Numbered from the stretch's first letter, positions 27,933-38,411 are shown. The stretch: 54,430 nucleotides of DNA from a virus (IMGVR_UViG_3300020182_003422:1-54430), one strand, 5' to 3'. Notes: generated from the sequence alone by a model not told the origin. Made by a program: numbers and translations.

Positions 27933-30077
27933 ATGAATAAGTTAATAATTATTACACTTTTATCAATACTGTCATCAATATCATCCTTCTCTTCAATTAA
28001 TAGAGATTTTTACTCAAAGAATAAGCAAAAAATAAATGGATCAATAGTAAAATACTTCGACAATGGAGATGTCTTATTAGAAAGATCAAATGACAAACAA
28101 TTGTTCAGAATAAAACTAGATATATTCACAGAAGATGATCAAGCTTTCGTAAAAAACAATTTTCCACCCAATCATGAATCTCTACCCACATTCAAAAAAC
28201 CTCTTTCAGATAAAGATTTAAAAATTAATTCAGAATTTATAGATAAAATTATCGAATCGAAACTCAGGTCTTATGGAGAAAGGCCTAATAAAGAAATCTC
28301 TAACGAGACTTTTCTTCGAAGAGCCTACCTGAAGATTATTGGAAGGATACCCACCTTAAAAGAAGCTCAGGGTTTTCTTGGAAACAGGGATAAAAAATCC
28401 AGAACTCAACTAATTGATAAACTTTTAAACTCGGAAGGGTACAATAAAAATTGGTATATCTATTGGGCCGATATACTCCGAGCGAAAACTCGAGTAGGAA
28501 ATCAAGGTTCAGATGGGTATCCGTTTATAAAATACATAAAAGATTCCATTTCCTCGAATAAGCCTTACGATATTTGGGTTAAGGAAATGCTTTCTTCTAC
28601 AGGTCCTATGTGGGAAATGAATAACGGGGCTGTTGGCTATTTTTACCGCGACCAAGGCATGGGACTAGACAACATGTCGAATACGGTTCGTGTGTTTCTC
28701 GGTACAAGCTTGGAGTGCGCTCAATGCCACGATCACCCCTTCGACCGCTGGACACAAAAACAGTTCTACGAAATGGCTGCATTTACCAATGGAGCAGAAA
28801 GAATGAAAAGAAAAGATGAAGAGCTTAATAAACTTTCAAAACTCATAAGAGCCTTACAGAAAGAAAACCCAGAAGACAGAAATAAAATTCGAAGAGCTTT
28901 CCTTCCAGTGCAAAACTTACTATCTCCAGGCTTAGACGACTTAGGAAAAGGTTCGATTTCTTTACCCAAGGATTACCAATACGACAATGCAAAACCTGGG
29001 CAAAAATTAAAAGCTAAAACTATTTTTGGTTTAGCGGTAGAATTAGATGAAAACCTCGAACAAAAAGGTTCCCGCACTTCTTATGCTAGTTGGTTAGCGT
29101 CTGCTACTAACCCTAGGTTTTCAACTGTAATAGCGAATCGGCTGTGGAAATCTGCTTTTGGATATGGTTTAATAGAGCCTGTGGATAATATATACGATGA
29201 CACGCTACCGGTTCATCCAGAAATGATGCTTCATTTAGAAAAGTTGATGGTTGCCTTAGACTTTGACACAAAAGAATTTTTAAGAATTATTTATAATACA
29301 AAAGCCTTCCAAAGAGAGGTTCCAATAGGAGATATAATCCCTAGAGACTCAAAAGATGACTCGCTACCCCCAGAGGTGAAGTGGGTAATATCTAAAACTC
29401 AAGGAAATAAACCTTACTTCTATCAAGGTCCCGTAATGCAAAGAATGAGCGCTGAGCAAATTTGGGATTCATTAGTGACTCTAAATTTTTACGATTTAGA
29501 TAATAGAATTAATTCTCGAGCTCCCGAAGAAGGTTTTGAGGAATACCTTAGATACAAAGAGATGACGGCTGAAGAAATATTTCAAGAAATCGCACCCAAA
29601 CTTAAACAGCAAGAAGCTGTCTCTATGACCCCAATAAAAAAACAGGAGTCAAGCAGCAAGACGAGCCCTAAACGAAAAGGGTTTTTAACTCGCGATATAA
29701 ACTCCCTAAGAGCTTCTGAGGTTGGGGATCCTGCGCCCAGAGGGCATATGATTTTACAGTTCGGAGGGTCTCCTCGTGACCAAATCCAAGTATCTCATAA
29801 GGAAGCGGCAGTCAATCAAGTACTGGCTTTAATCAATGGCTATGTCGAAAAGAATATTATTAATAATAAAAAGTCCGCCACCCTCAGTGAAATCCTCGAA
29901 GCTTCAAGCATGGAGGAAAGGATTAATTTATCATTTCTTGCCATTTTACAAAGAAAACCTAACTCTAAAGAACTAAAAGATTTTAAAGAAACAATTAAAA
30001 AACTAAACACCAAGGATTACCATAAGGACATAGTTTGGGCTCTAATAAATAGTCACGAATTTATGTTTGTTAAATAA
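27933..30077 (+). CDS. Secreted DUF1549 (PSCyt2)/DUF1553 (PSD1) protein with an N-terminal SHD1-like domain and a CxxCH motif
   Basis: Signal peptide, FLRRAYLKIIGRIPT, NKPYD, FLGTSLECAQCHDHPFD, ANRLWKSAFGYGLIEPVD and DIVWALINSHEFMF. Confidence 0.9.
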   Translation: MNKLIIITLLSILSSISSFSSINRDFYSKNKQKINGSIVKYFDNGDVLLERSNDKQLFRIKLDIFTEDDQAFVKNNFPPNHESLPTFKKPLSDKDLKINSEFIDKIIESKLRSYGERPNKEISNETFLRRAYLKIIGRIPTLKEAQGFLGNRDKKSRTQLIDKLLNSEGYNKNWYIYWADILRAKTRVGNQGSDGYPFIKYIKDSISSNKPYDIWVKEMLSSTGPMWEMNNGAVGYFYRDQGMGLDNMSNTVRVFLGTSLECAQCHDHPFDRWTQKQFYEMAAFTNGAERMKRKDEELNKLSKLIRALQKENPEDRNKIRRAFLPVQNLLSPGLDDLGKGSISLPKDYQYDNAKPGQKLKAKTIFGLAVELDENLEQKGSRTSYASWLASATNPRFSTVIANRLWKSAFGYGLIEPVDNIYDDTLPVHPEMMLHLEKLMVALDFDTKEFLRIIYNTKAFQREVPIGDIIPRDSKDDSLPPEVKWVISKTQGNKPYFYQGPVMQRMSAEQIWDSLVTLNFYDLDNRINSRAPEEGFEEYLRYKEMTAEEIFQEIAPKLKQQEAVSMTPIKKQESSSKTSPKRKGFLTRDINSLRASEVGDPAPRGHMILQFGGSPRDQIQVSHKEAAVNQVLALINGYVEKNIINNKKSATLSEILEASSMEERINLSFLAILQRKPNSKELKDFKETIKKLNTKDYHKDIVWALINSHEFMFVK

Positions 30078-30078
30078 A

Positions 30079-31377
30079 ATGAAAACAAATATCGAAAAAT
30101 TAGACGAATTAAAAAGAAGAGAGTTTATTACAAGCGCGGCAAAGGCGTGCCTCGGAGTTGGGCTCCTACCAATGGCTGGTTCTTATATTCATAATAGCGC
30201 TGAAGCTTTTACTACTGGCCCTAGGCCCGCTACCGCCCGTTATGTTATTTACTTAAATATGAGCGGAGCGATGTCTCATCTCGATACATTTGGAACAAAC
30301 CCAGATGTGCCAGAGATACAAGGCCCAACAAAATCTATTCCGACTTCTGCTGACGGGGTTATTCTTTCTGAGAACCTTCCGTTAACCGCAAAACACATGC
30401 ATAATGCTGCAATCATTCGAACAATGTCAACAAGTCAAGGGGCTCACGAACAAGCAAGTTATCTTATGCATACAAGCTATTTAAAGCGAGGTACCATTGC
30501 CCACCCTACATTCGGAAGCTGGGTATCAAAACTTTCGGGAGCAATCAATAGCACTATTCCATCCAATGTGCAAATCGGATCTAATCCAGCAGGAGCTGGA
30601 TTTCTTGAGTCTAAATTTGGACCCCTCCCAATAGGCAACCCAAGCAGTGGCTTAGCAAACAGTAAGCTTGCAGACTATATTGATCAAAATCGATTTGGAG
30701 GCCGTTTATCTATGGCTCAAAAAATGAACTCCTCTTACCTTAACCAATATGATCAGAAGCAGGTTCGAGCTTACTCTGATCTTTATAAAGACGCGGTCAA
30801 ACTTATGCGAAGCGAGGACTTGAAAGCTTTTGATATAACTCTAGAGCCAGAGTCAATGCATGAACTTTACGGAAAAACCAATTTCGGGCAGGGCTGCTTG
30901 CTTGCTCGCCGCTTAATAGAAAATCAAGTTCGTTATGTGGAGGTTAGTCGAGGAGGGTGGGACACCCACGATAATAACTTTGAATCCGTTGCGGACAATT
31001 GCGCAGACATTGATAAAGCGTTAAGCGCTCTTTTGATTGATCTTGAAATGCGGGGACTGCTTAAGGAAACTATGGTTGTTTTGACTTCAGAATTTGGCAG
31101 AACCCCCAAGATAAACGAGCGTGACGGAAGAGATCATTGGCCGTATGGATTTACGGCTTTTCTTGCTGGCGGGGGAATTAAAGGGGGGACAGTCTACGGA
31201 AAAATGGATGAGCTAGGCAGAAACCCAGCCGAGGGTAAATTTGTTGACCCGGCATCGTTAAATGCAACTATAGCATATGCCATGGGGCTACCCTTAAATA
31301 AAATACAAACATCTCCCTCCGGCAGGCCATTTAAAGTAGCCCACGACGGAAAGCCCTTGTTTGATATACTTAATTAA
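30079..31377 (+). CDS. Tat-exported DUF1501 family protein
   Basis: RREFI twin-arginine signal, GAMSHLDTF, YGKTNFGQGCLLARRLIE, GWDTH, SEFGRTP, RDHW and AGGGIKGG. Confidence 0.9.
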   Translation: MKTNIEKLDELKRREFITSAAKACLGVGLLPMAGSYIHNSAEAFTTGPRPATARYVIYLNMSGAMSHLDTFGTNPDVPEIQGPTKSIPTSADGVILSENLPLTAKHMHNAAIIRTMSTSQGAHEQASYLMHTSYLKRGTIAHPTFGSWVSKLSGAINSTIPSNVQIGSNPAGAGFLESKFGPLPIGNPSSGLANSKLADYIDQNRFGGRLSMAQKMNSSYLNQYDQKQVRAYSDLYKDAVKLMRSEDLKAFDITLEPESMHELYGKTNFGQGCLLARRLIENQVRYVEVSRGGWDTHDNNFESVADNCADIDKALSALLIDLEMRGLLKETMVVLTSEFGRTPKINERDGRDHWPYGFTAFLAGGGIKGGTVYGKMDELGRNPAEGKFVDPASLNATIAYAMGLPLNKIQTSPSGRPFKVAHDGKPLFDILN

Positions 31378-31395
31378 TAATTAAAACAACCCACT

Positions 31396-31419
31396 AAAAC
31401 CGCTATTAGCGGTTTTTTT
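31396..31419 (+). terminator. Rho-independent terminator
   Basis: aaaaccgct-att-agcgg followed by T7. Confidence 0.8.
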
Positions 31420-31435
31420 GTTTACAAGTTTAGTG

Positions 31436-31464
31436 TTGACAACTTAATGAAATTCTGGTAAAAT
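31436..31464 (+). promoter_or_regulatory. sigma70-type promoter (leaderless) for the polymerase operon
   Basis: TTGACA-17 nt-TAAAAT with an extended TG, 7 nt before ATG 31472. Confidence 0.75.
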
Positions 31465-31471
31465 ACTCTAC

Positions 31472-32230
31472 ATGATACCATTATTTAAAAGCCACTTCTC
31501 AATTGGGAAAAGTATACTTACTCTAGCAAACCCAAGAGATCAAAAAGAAGGAAAAGCAGACAGTGTTTTCTCAATAGCTAAAAGCTGTAAATTAAAAGAG
31601 GTTGTGTTAGTGGAGGATTCGCTAACAGGATTTCTTCAGGCCAAAAAAAACGCAGACGACTTGAAGATTAAATTAATATTTGGGTTAAGGATCGACATGA
31701 GAACCGATGCAAAAATAAACCCAAAAGAAGAGCTCTTAACTTCTTCGCATAAAATAATTATTTTCGCAAAAAACTCAAAAGGGTGCGAGCGGTTAAATAA
31801 AATCTACAGTGAGGCTTTTTCGGATAATTATAACGCGGTAGACGAGAAATTACTAAAGAAATACTGGAGCAAGAAAGATCTAGCCTTAGCTATACCTTTT
31901 TACGACTCATTTATATATAACAACTTAATGAAATTCTCTAACTGCACTCCAAACTTTTCTCCTTATAGTCCGATCTTCTTTACTGAAGATAACTCGCTAC
32001 CGTTTGATAACTTTCTAAAGAGAAAGGTAGAAGATTACGCATTAAAAAATAAACTAGAAACACAAGAGACAAAAAGTATTTATTATAAAAATAAAAAAGA
32101 TGCCACCGCATTACAAACCTACAAATGTATAACCGGAAGAACTTTCGGAAACAAAACCTTATCAAAACCAAACTTAGATCACTTCGGTAGCAATGAATTT
32201 TGCGTCGAAAGCTGGGAGGAAAAAAAATGA
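31472..32230 (+). CDS. Stand-alone PHP domain of Pol III alpha type
   Basis: FKSHFSIGKS, LVEDSLTGF, IKLIFG and HKIIIFAKNSKGCERLNKIYS match the DnaE N-terminal PHP pattern. Confidence 0.8.
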   Translation: MIPLFKSHFSIGKSILTLANPRDQKEGKADSVFSIAKSCKLKEVVLVEDSLTGFLQAKKNADDLKIKLIFGLRIDMRTDAKINPKEELLTSSHKIIIFAKNSKGCERLNKIYSEAFSDNYNAVDEKLLKKYWSKKDLALAIPFYDSFIYNNLMKFSNCTPNFSPYSPIFFTEDNSLPFDNFLKRKVEDYALKNKLETQETKSIYYKNKKDATALQTYKCITGRTFGNKTLSKPNLDHFGSNEFCVESWEEKK

Positions 32231-32871
32231 AAGAATCACTACTAAGGTTTAAGAAAAACCAAAAATACCTACTGTTTGATTACGAAACATGCAACCTAAA
32301 CTTAACCGCAAATAACAAACCCTGGCAACTAGCGTTCTTAGTGATTGAAGGCGGAGAAGTAAAAGAAAAGAAAGATTATTGGCTAAAATGGAAAGAGCTT
32401 AATGTATCTCCGGAAGCTGCAAAAATCACAGGTTTTACTGAAGCTAAATACAAAAAGAAAGCTACCTGCCCAAAAGAAGCCTTAGATGACTTTGAGCAAT
32501 ACCTATACGACGATTCTTATATCAAGGTTGGCCATAATTTACTAGGGTTCGATGTATATATGCACAACCTGCACAGAAAACTAATCAACCCAAAAGCCGA
32601 ATCAGACTATAGTTATACAGAAAATTTAGTAGACACCCTCTGCCTCGCGAAAGCTTTAAAGAAAAGGATAAAGCTAGATAAAGATGATGATTTTTTAGCT
32701 TGGCAATACAGACTCAACAACTTAATAGAAAGAGGTCTTCGCTGCAACCTCAAACAATGCTGCAAGGATTTTGATGTCGAATTCAACGAATCAAATCTAC
32801 ACGATGCCCTTTATGACATCAATATTAATTTCGAAGTTTTTAAAAAAATGATATGGGAAATAGAAATATGA
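32227..32871 (+). CDS. DnaQ-like DEDDh 3'-5' exonuclease
   Basis: LFDYET, GHNLLGFD, VDTL and LHDALYD. ATGA-coupled on both sides. Confidence 0.9.
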   Translation: MKESLLRFKKNQKYLLFDYETCNLNLTANNKPWQLAFLVIEGGEVKEKKDYWLKWKELNVSPEAAKITGFTEAKYKKKATCPKEALDDFEQYLYDDSYIKVGHNLLGFDVYMHNLHRKLINPKAESDYSYTENLVDTLCLAKALKKRIKLDKDDDFLAWQYRLNNLIERGLRCNLKQCCKDFDVEFNESNLHDALYDININFEVFKKMIWEIEI

Positions 32872-35426
32872 GCTTTACAGAACAGTTTACAGATTATAAA
32901 GATTGCTGCCCACCGGGGGTGCGTTTGCCTGAGATTAAAATCGAGCAAAAATATTACGATATACTTAAATCAGATAACACAATATCTAATTTTGAGTTCC
33001 TTAAAAAGCTTTGCCACAAAGGAGTTTATGACAAGGGGATAGATAAATTCAATAATAAGAAAGATTACTTCGATAGAGCGAAAGAAGAATTAAAAATATT
33101 AAAAGAGTTAGGTTTTATTGATTATATATTATTAAATTGGGACATAATTAACTTTTGCCACGAAAAGGATATTCCTACTGGCCCAGGAAGAGGGTCTGCA
33201 GCAGGCTCTCTGGTATTGTATTTGATTGGGGTAACGAACGTCGACCCCGTTAAGTATAATTTATTTTTTGAAAGATTCGTATCTAAGAGTCGAGCAAAGA
33301 AGACAATTCAAGACGGAGTCACTTTTTTAGACGGAAGCCTTCTTGCTGATGTTGATAACGACATAGCCTACGAAAGAAGAATTGAAGTTATAGAGTATAT
33401 CGAAAAGAAGCACCCTGGGAGGACAGCTAAAATATTAACATTAAATACTTTAAGCGGAAAGCTATGCATTAAGGAGTGCGGCAAAATCGTAGGAGAGCTT
33501 TCTGAGCAGGAAGTTAATGAAGTCAGCCTCACAATACCAAAGAAATTTGGAGTAGTGCTTCCTATATCCGAAGCCTTACAAGAAAGCGAAAAATTCGGAG
33601 AATGGTCTGGAGAGAATTCAGAGGTATTCGAAATAGCTCTTAAGCTAGAAGGCTTAAATAAAAACACGGGAGTTCATCCTAGTGGGATTGCGATATCATT
33701 TGACGAAATAACCAAGACTTGCCCTACTCAGCGAACTAACGATGGCGCACTGGTAACGGGATACGATATGAATTGGGTGTCTGAGTTGATGGTCAAGTTC
33801 GACATATTAGGACTTAGAACCTTGAGTGTTATATCTGATGTTTGTAAAGACTTAGGGATATCGAGTGAAGAAATCGACTTAAATGATTCGAACTTATTCG
33901 CTCCCCTCCAATCCTTAAAAACTCCACATGGTTTATTTCAATTAGAGTCTGATACTAATTTTAGGGTCTGCAAAAAGATCAAACCAGTAGACTTAGAGCA
34001 ATTAAGTGCGGTTATAGCAATTGGAAGGCCGGGAGCTTTAGACTTTTTAGATAGTTATGTGACATATTCAGAAAGCGGAGAATCTCAAGTGATACACGAC
34101 TTTTTTACTGATATTCTAGATTACACAGGAGGAATACCCTTGTACCAAGAACAGCTAATGCAGATGGCCGTAAAAATAGGTTTTACTCTCGACGAGGCGG
34201 AGCAATTGAGAAGGATAGTCGGCAAAAAAAAGGTAGACCAAATGCCTGCGTGGAAAGCTAAGATAGAAGAAAAAGTTGAAGAAAATGACTTGCCTAGAGA
34301 AATTAGTCAGATACTATGGGGAGTTGCAGAGGACAGCGCGAACTACTCATTCAATAAGAGTCATAGTATATCTTACTCAGTGCTTTCGGCCTGGACTACT
34401 TACTTAAAATTCAAATACCCACAACAATTCTTCTTATCTTTATTAAAGATGACCAAGTATGAGCCTTCCCCTCAAGAAGAAATATCCAAAATATCCAAAG
34501 AGCTGTCTCACTTTGGAATTCGATTACTATGTCCAGACTTAGCTAAATCTAAAATGGATTTTTCCATTGAAGGGAAAGATATAAGGTTTGGCTTAAATAG
34601 CATAAAGGGAGTTAGCGAGAAATCCCTAGAGTCACTTAGGGACTTTAGGTCAACAGACACTCCGACTAAGTACGATATTTTCTTAGCGGCAAAACAAGCC
34701 GGGCTAAACATAGGAATATTAAGCGCCCTAGCTCAAGCTGGAGCCATGCAAAGTAAAGGCGAAAACCGCTCACTAATGGCACTAGAAGCTCAAGCCTTCA
34801 ATATATTAACTGATAGGGAGAAAAGAAACTTTATACTTCTTGGAGAAAAATACAACTACAAGCTTCTGAACTGCATAGCGGATGCAAAAAAGGGCCTACT
34901 AATCGCAGATGACGGCAAGCCATTAATGAAGGAGTCGAGATTCAACACCTTTAAGAAAAAGTACGATAGATATAAATCTATTTATGATAAAAACAAAAAG
35001 TACGAACAATTCGCAAATTGGTATTTTGAAACAGAGCTTTTGGGCTACAGTCACAGCTCAAATTTAAAGACTTGCTTTATGGATAGCTACAACTCACTAA
35101 ATGATTCTAGAGACTTGATGATGCTTGAGGCGGATGGAAAAGGTAAATTTATAGGAGTCGTAGAAGATTGTATAAAAAGAACGTCTAGAAACGGAAATAA
35201 GTATATGAAATTATCGATATCGGATGAATATGGAAGGTACGATGCGATGCTACTAAATTCAAGAAGGGGTAATTTTTACGACAAATACTTCAGCTCCGAG
35301 CAAAAAACTCCGCTAAAGAAAAATATCGTAGTCGCATACGGAAGGAAGGGAGAAGACATTGTTTTTCTTGACTCTTTATCCATAATGGACGAGAAGATAT
35401 ATATGAAAATGTCTGAAATTAAGTAA
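32868..35426 (+). CDS. dnaE: DNA polymerase III alpha catalytic part (family C)
   Basis: GPGRGSAAGSLV, LFFERF, DVDND, GVHPSG, KFDILGL, YQEQ, YSFNKSH, IRFGLNSIKGV and a C-terminal OB fold. Confidence 0.95.
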   Translation: MSFTEQFTDYKDCCPPGVRLPEIKIEQKYYDILKSDNTISNFEFLKKLCHKGVYDKGIDKFNNKKDYFDRAKEELKILKELGFIDYILLNWDIINFCHEKDIPTGPGRGSAAGSLVLYLIGVTNVDPVKYNLFFERFVSKSRAKKTIQDGVTFLDGSLLADVDNDIAYERRIEVIEYIEKKHPGRTAKILTLNTLSGKLCIKECGKIVGELSEQEVNEVSLTIPKKFGVVLPISEALQESEKFGEWSGENSEVFEIALKLEGLNKNTGVHPSGIAISFDEITKTCPTQRTNDGALVTGYDMNWVSELMVKFDILGLRTLSVISDVCKDLGISSEEIDLNDSNLFAPLQSLKTPHGLFQLESDTNFRVCKKIKPVDLEQLSAVIAIGRPGALDFLDSYVTYSESGESQVIHDFFTDILDYTGGIPLYQEQLMQMAVKIGFTLDEAEQLRRIVGKKKVDQMPAWKAKIEEKVEENDLPREISQILWGVAEDSANYSFNKSHSISYSVLSAWTTYLKFKYPQQFFLSLLKMTKYEPSPQEEISKISKELSHFGIRLLCPDLAKSKMDFSIEGKDIRFGLNSIKGVSEKSLESLRDFRSTDTPTKYDIFLAAKQAGLNIGILSALAQAGAMQSKGENRSLMALEAQAFNILTDREKRNFILLGEKYNYKLLNCIADAKKGLLIADDGKPLMKESRFNTFKKKYDRYKSIYDKNKKYEQFANWYFETELLGYSHSSNLKTCFMDSYNSLNDSRDLMMLEADGKGKFIGVVEDCIKRTSRNGNKYMKLSISDEYGRYDAMLLNSRRGNFYDKYFSSEQKTPLKKNIVVAYGRKGEDIVFLDSLSIMDEKIYMKMSEIK

Positions 35427-35443
35427 TTGAGGTGTAATCAGAA

Positions 35444-37921
35444 ATGAAAATGACTCCAAAACCTAATTTTACGCCGAGAGCTCAGCAAGCAATTAACGAA
35501 TCTAAAAAAATCGCATTAAAATATGGAAACGAACTAATAACCTTAGACCACTTATTCCTTGGAATGGTAAATCTAAGCGCGGGAATACTAAGTGAAGTTT
35601 TATATTTATTACAAATAGATCAAGAAGCGTTAAGGATACAGATAGAAAACTCGCTGTTCGACTTCAACCAAGAGGGGAATAATATATTCATACCTGAAGA
35701 CCTAGAACCTGTTTATGATGAACATTTCCACTTAGTATTAAAAGTGTCCGCCGCGATCAGCGATAAGCTTGGTCATGAGTATGTTGGATTAGAACACATT
35801 CTACTGGCTTTACTAAAATACGAGGATTCTAATATTCCTCATTACTTTGAATCGTTTCACGCCTCAGGGGATGACATTATTGCAGAGGTAAGGGAATACT
35901 TACATTTATCCAAGGATTACGTACAACCCAAGCAGGATCGATTAAAATTCTTCACTCAACAGGCAGCCCCAAAAGAGGCAAAGTTAACTAATCTCGAAAA
36001 GTTCGCAACGAACTTAAACCTAAAGGCTCAGCAGGGAAAATTCGACAACATAATAGGAAAAGAAAAAGAAATAGATGATGTGTGTGAGATTTTATGCAGA
36101 AGGACAAAGAATAATCCAGTACTGCTTGGAGAGCCTGGCGTCGGCAAAACAGCGATAGTGGAAGGCCTAGCACAGAACATAGCGAGAGGCACTAGTTGCG
36201 ACTTTCTAATAAGTAAGGTTATATATTCGCTAGACCTAGGCTCTTTAATAGCCGGAACAAAATACAGAGGCCAGTTTGAGGAAAGATTGAAGGCTATTAT
36301 AGACGAAGCGAGAAAGAATACAGATATAATACTATTTATAGACGAAATACATACGCTAGTAGGAGCTGGAAGCGCAGAAGGAAGCATGGACGCTGCAAAT
36401 TTATTGAAACCTCTATTGGCTAGAGGCGAATTAAAATGTATAGGAGCTACAACGCAAGCCGAATATAAAAAATCAATACTAAAAGACGGAGCCCTAGATA
36501 GAAGATTTCAATCCGTTAAGGTTATCGAGCCAAGTAAAGACCAAACTCGCCAAATCATAGATGGAATAAAATCTAATTATGAAAAATTTCACACGATTAT
36601 ATATCCAGAAGACGTACTAGATTTAATTGTTGATCTATCCTCAAAATACATACTTGACAAGCAATTTCCTGATAAGGCTATTGACATAATGGATCAAGCG
36701 GGGTCAAAGGTTAAAATAAAAAATATCGAACGGCCACAAAAAGCCAAAGACATAGAAAATCAGTTAGAGCAATTAGCGCTAGAGGAGTCAAAAATTCAAT
36801 CAAGCGGCGCATTACTTTCTAAAATTGAAGATGAACAAATAAATCTATTAGAGCAATACGACCAAGTCATAACTCAGTGGGCAGCCAAAACCATGAAAGC
36901 TAAAATATGCGTTACCAAAAAAGATATATATGAAGTCCTATCGTCTAGAACTGGGGTTCCTATTTCAGATATATCCAAAAAAGATTCCGAAAGAATGCTA
37001 GGCTTATTTAGAAACCTAAACAAAAAAATTGTTGGACAAACAGAGGCTTTGTCTGAAATCTCGGAATCAATATTAAGATCTAAGTCCGGGCTTCAAGACG
37101 CAAACAAGCCTGTCGGAAGTTTCTTGCTGGTGGGCGCTAGTGGCACAGGTAAAACATATACAGCAAAATGTATTGCTGAATTTATATATGGATCAATGAA
37201 ATCCTTGATACAACTAGATATGAGCGAATACTCAGAGAAAATATCCTCAAGCAGGCTAATTGGAGCCTCGCCGGGATATGTTGGCTATGAAGAAGGAGGA
37301 GAGCTGACGGAAAAAGTAAGAAGAAATCCTTATAGCGTTATACTTTTTGATGAAGTAGAAAAAGCCCACCCAGAGGTATTAAATATACTGCTACAGATAC
37401 TTGAAGAAGGTATATTAACTGATAATTCAGGAAGAAAAATTGACTTCTCTAATTGCATAATTATATTAACAGGAAATATAGGAAGCGAGAAAGCTGCAAA
37501 ACCTAATATAGGATTCGGAACTTCAGACGGAAAAGAAGAGGCAAAGAATAAACTAAAAGCGGAGCTTAAAACATTCTTTCGCCCAGAGTTCCTCAACAGA
37601 CTTAACGATATAATATTATTTAACGATTTCAATCTTAGTATATTAACAGAAATAACCAAGCTAGAACTTAAGAAATTATCTGATAAATTAGAAGAGAAAA
37701 AAATAAAACTATCAACAACTACATCCTTAATTAAATACATAGCCGAAGAGGCTATGAAAGAAAAAATGGGAGCGAGACCTATAAAAAGACTAATACAAAA
37801 AAATATAGAAAACGAATTAAGTAAATTGATACTCGGCAAATCCCTCACAGAAGGATCCTTAGTTAAGTTTTCCTATACAAAGTCCGAGGTCAAATACCAA
37901 ATTAAGGAATTAGAGGCTTAA
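35444..37921 (+). CDS. clpC: ClpC/ClpA-like AAA+ unfoldase
   Basis: Clp_N repeats, RRTKNNPVLLGEPGVGKT, LFIDEIH, GASGTGKT, LFDEVEKAHP, IGF loop, FRPEFLNR and GARP. Confidence 0.9.
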   Translation: MKMTPKPNFTPRAQQAINESKKIALKYGNELITLDHLFLGMVNLSAGILSEVLYLLQIDQEALRIQIENSLFDFNQEGNNIFIPEDLEPVYDEHFHLVLKVSAAISDKLGHEYVGLEHILLALLKYEDSNIPHYFESFHASGDDIIAEVREYLHLSKDYVQPKQDRLKFFTQQAAPKEAKLTNLEKFATNLNLKAQQGKFDNIIGKEKEIDDVCEILCRRTKNNPVLLGEPGVGKTAIVEGLAQNIARGTSCDFLISKVIYSLDLGSLIAGTKYRGQFEERLKAIIDEARKNTDIILFIDEIHTLVGAGSAEGSMDAANLLKPLLARGELKCIGATTQAEYKKSILKDGALDRRFQSVKVIEPSKDQTRQIIDGIKSNYEKFHTIIYPEDVLDLIVDLSSKYILDKQFPDKAIDIMDQAGSKVKIKNIERPQKAKDIENQLEQLALEESKIQSSGALLSKIEDEQINLLEQYDQVITQWAAKTMKAKICVTKKDIYEVLSSRTGVPISDISKKDSERMLGLFRNLNKKIVGQTEALSEISESILRSKSGLQDANKPVGSFLLVGASGTGKTYTAKCIAEFIYGSMKSLIQLDMSEYSEKISSSRLIGASPGYVGYEEGGELTEKVRRNPYSVILFDEVEKAHPEVLNILLQILEEGILTDNSGRKIDFSNCIIILTGNIGSEKAAKPNIGFGTSDGKEEAKNKLKAELKTFFRPEFLNRLNDIILFNDFNLSILTEITKLELKKLSDKLEEKKIKLSTTTSLIKYIAEEAMKEKMGARPIKRLIQKNIENELSKLILGKSLTEGSLVKFSYTKSEVKYQIKELEA

Positions 37922-38411
37922 CAGGAGCAGGAAGCTCGGTATCGTCGCAAACTAAGGGGTCTTCAAATTTTTCCCCTGGGTTTTCGCTGACAACTGTTTG
38001 TTTTTCGTTGTATATTCCCATGCAAGCTTGAAACCTATCGCTCTGCACGGGATGCTTCTTTTTCATGTTTGCGTCAAGAATGCATCTAGTTATAAACTCG
38101 TCTCCGGTTTCTTGAACGACTGGAGATGGAAATCTTTTATCTTTGTTTGATAAAAAGTTGTTCTCCCCTTCGTCCGTAGACTCTTTCTCTTTGGGGAATA
38201 TTTTCTCGTATTCACTATATGTCATGCTTTCATTTAAAAGGTCGTGAGCTTCTCTGATGTTTTTTTTCTGCCAATCCTCGAGAGAATCGTCGTCCTTGAT
38301 CATGTCAAACATAACCCTTGCCTTTTTCCAAATATTAAAAAGCTCGGATTTTACTTTTTTATTCATAAAATTCATTGCTGAACTTGATTCGATGCCTGAG
38401 GATTCTTTCAT
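37902..38411 (-). CDS. Hypothetical protein
   Basis: 169-aa ORF with a GTGTA motif 10 nt upstream (38422-38426). Confidence 0.65.
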   Translation of the reverse strand: MKESSGIESSSAMNFMNKKVKSELFNIWKKARVMFDMIKDDDSLEDWQKKNIREAHDLLNESMTYSEYEKIFPKEKESTDEGENNFLSNKDKRFPSPVVQETGDEFITRCILDANMKKKHPVQSDRFQACMGIYNEKQTVVSENPGEKFEDPLVCDDTELPAPVKPLIP

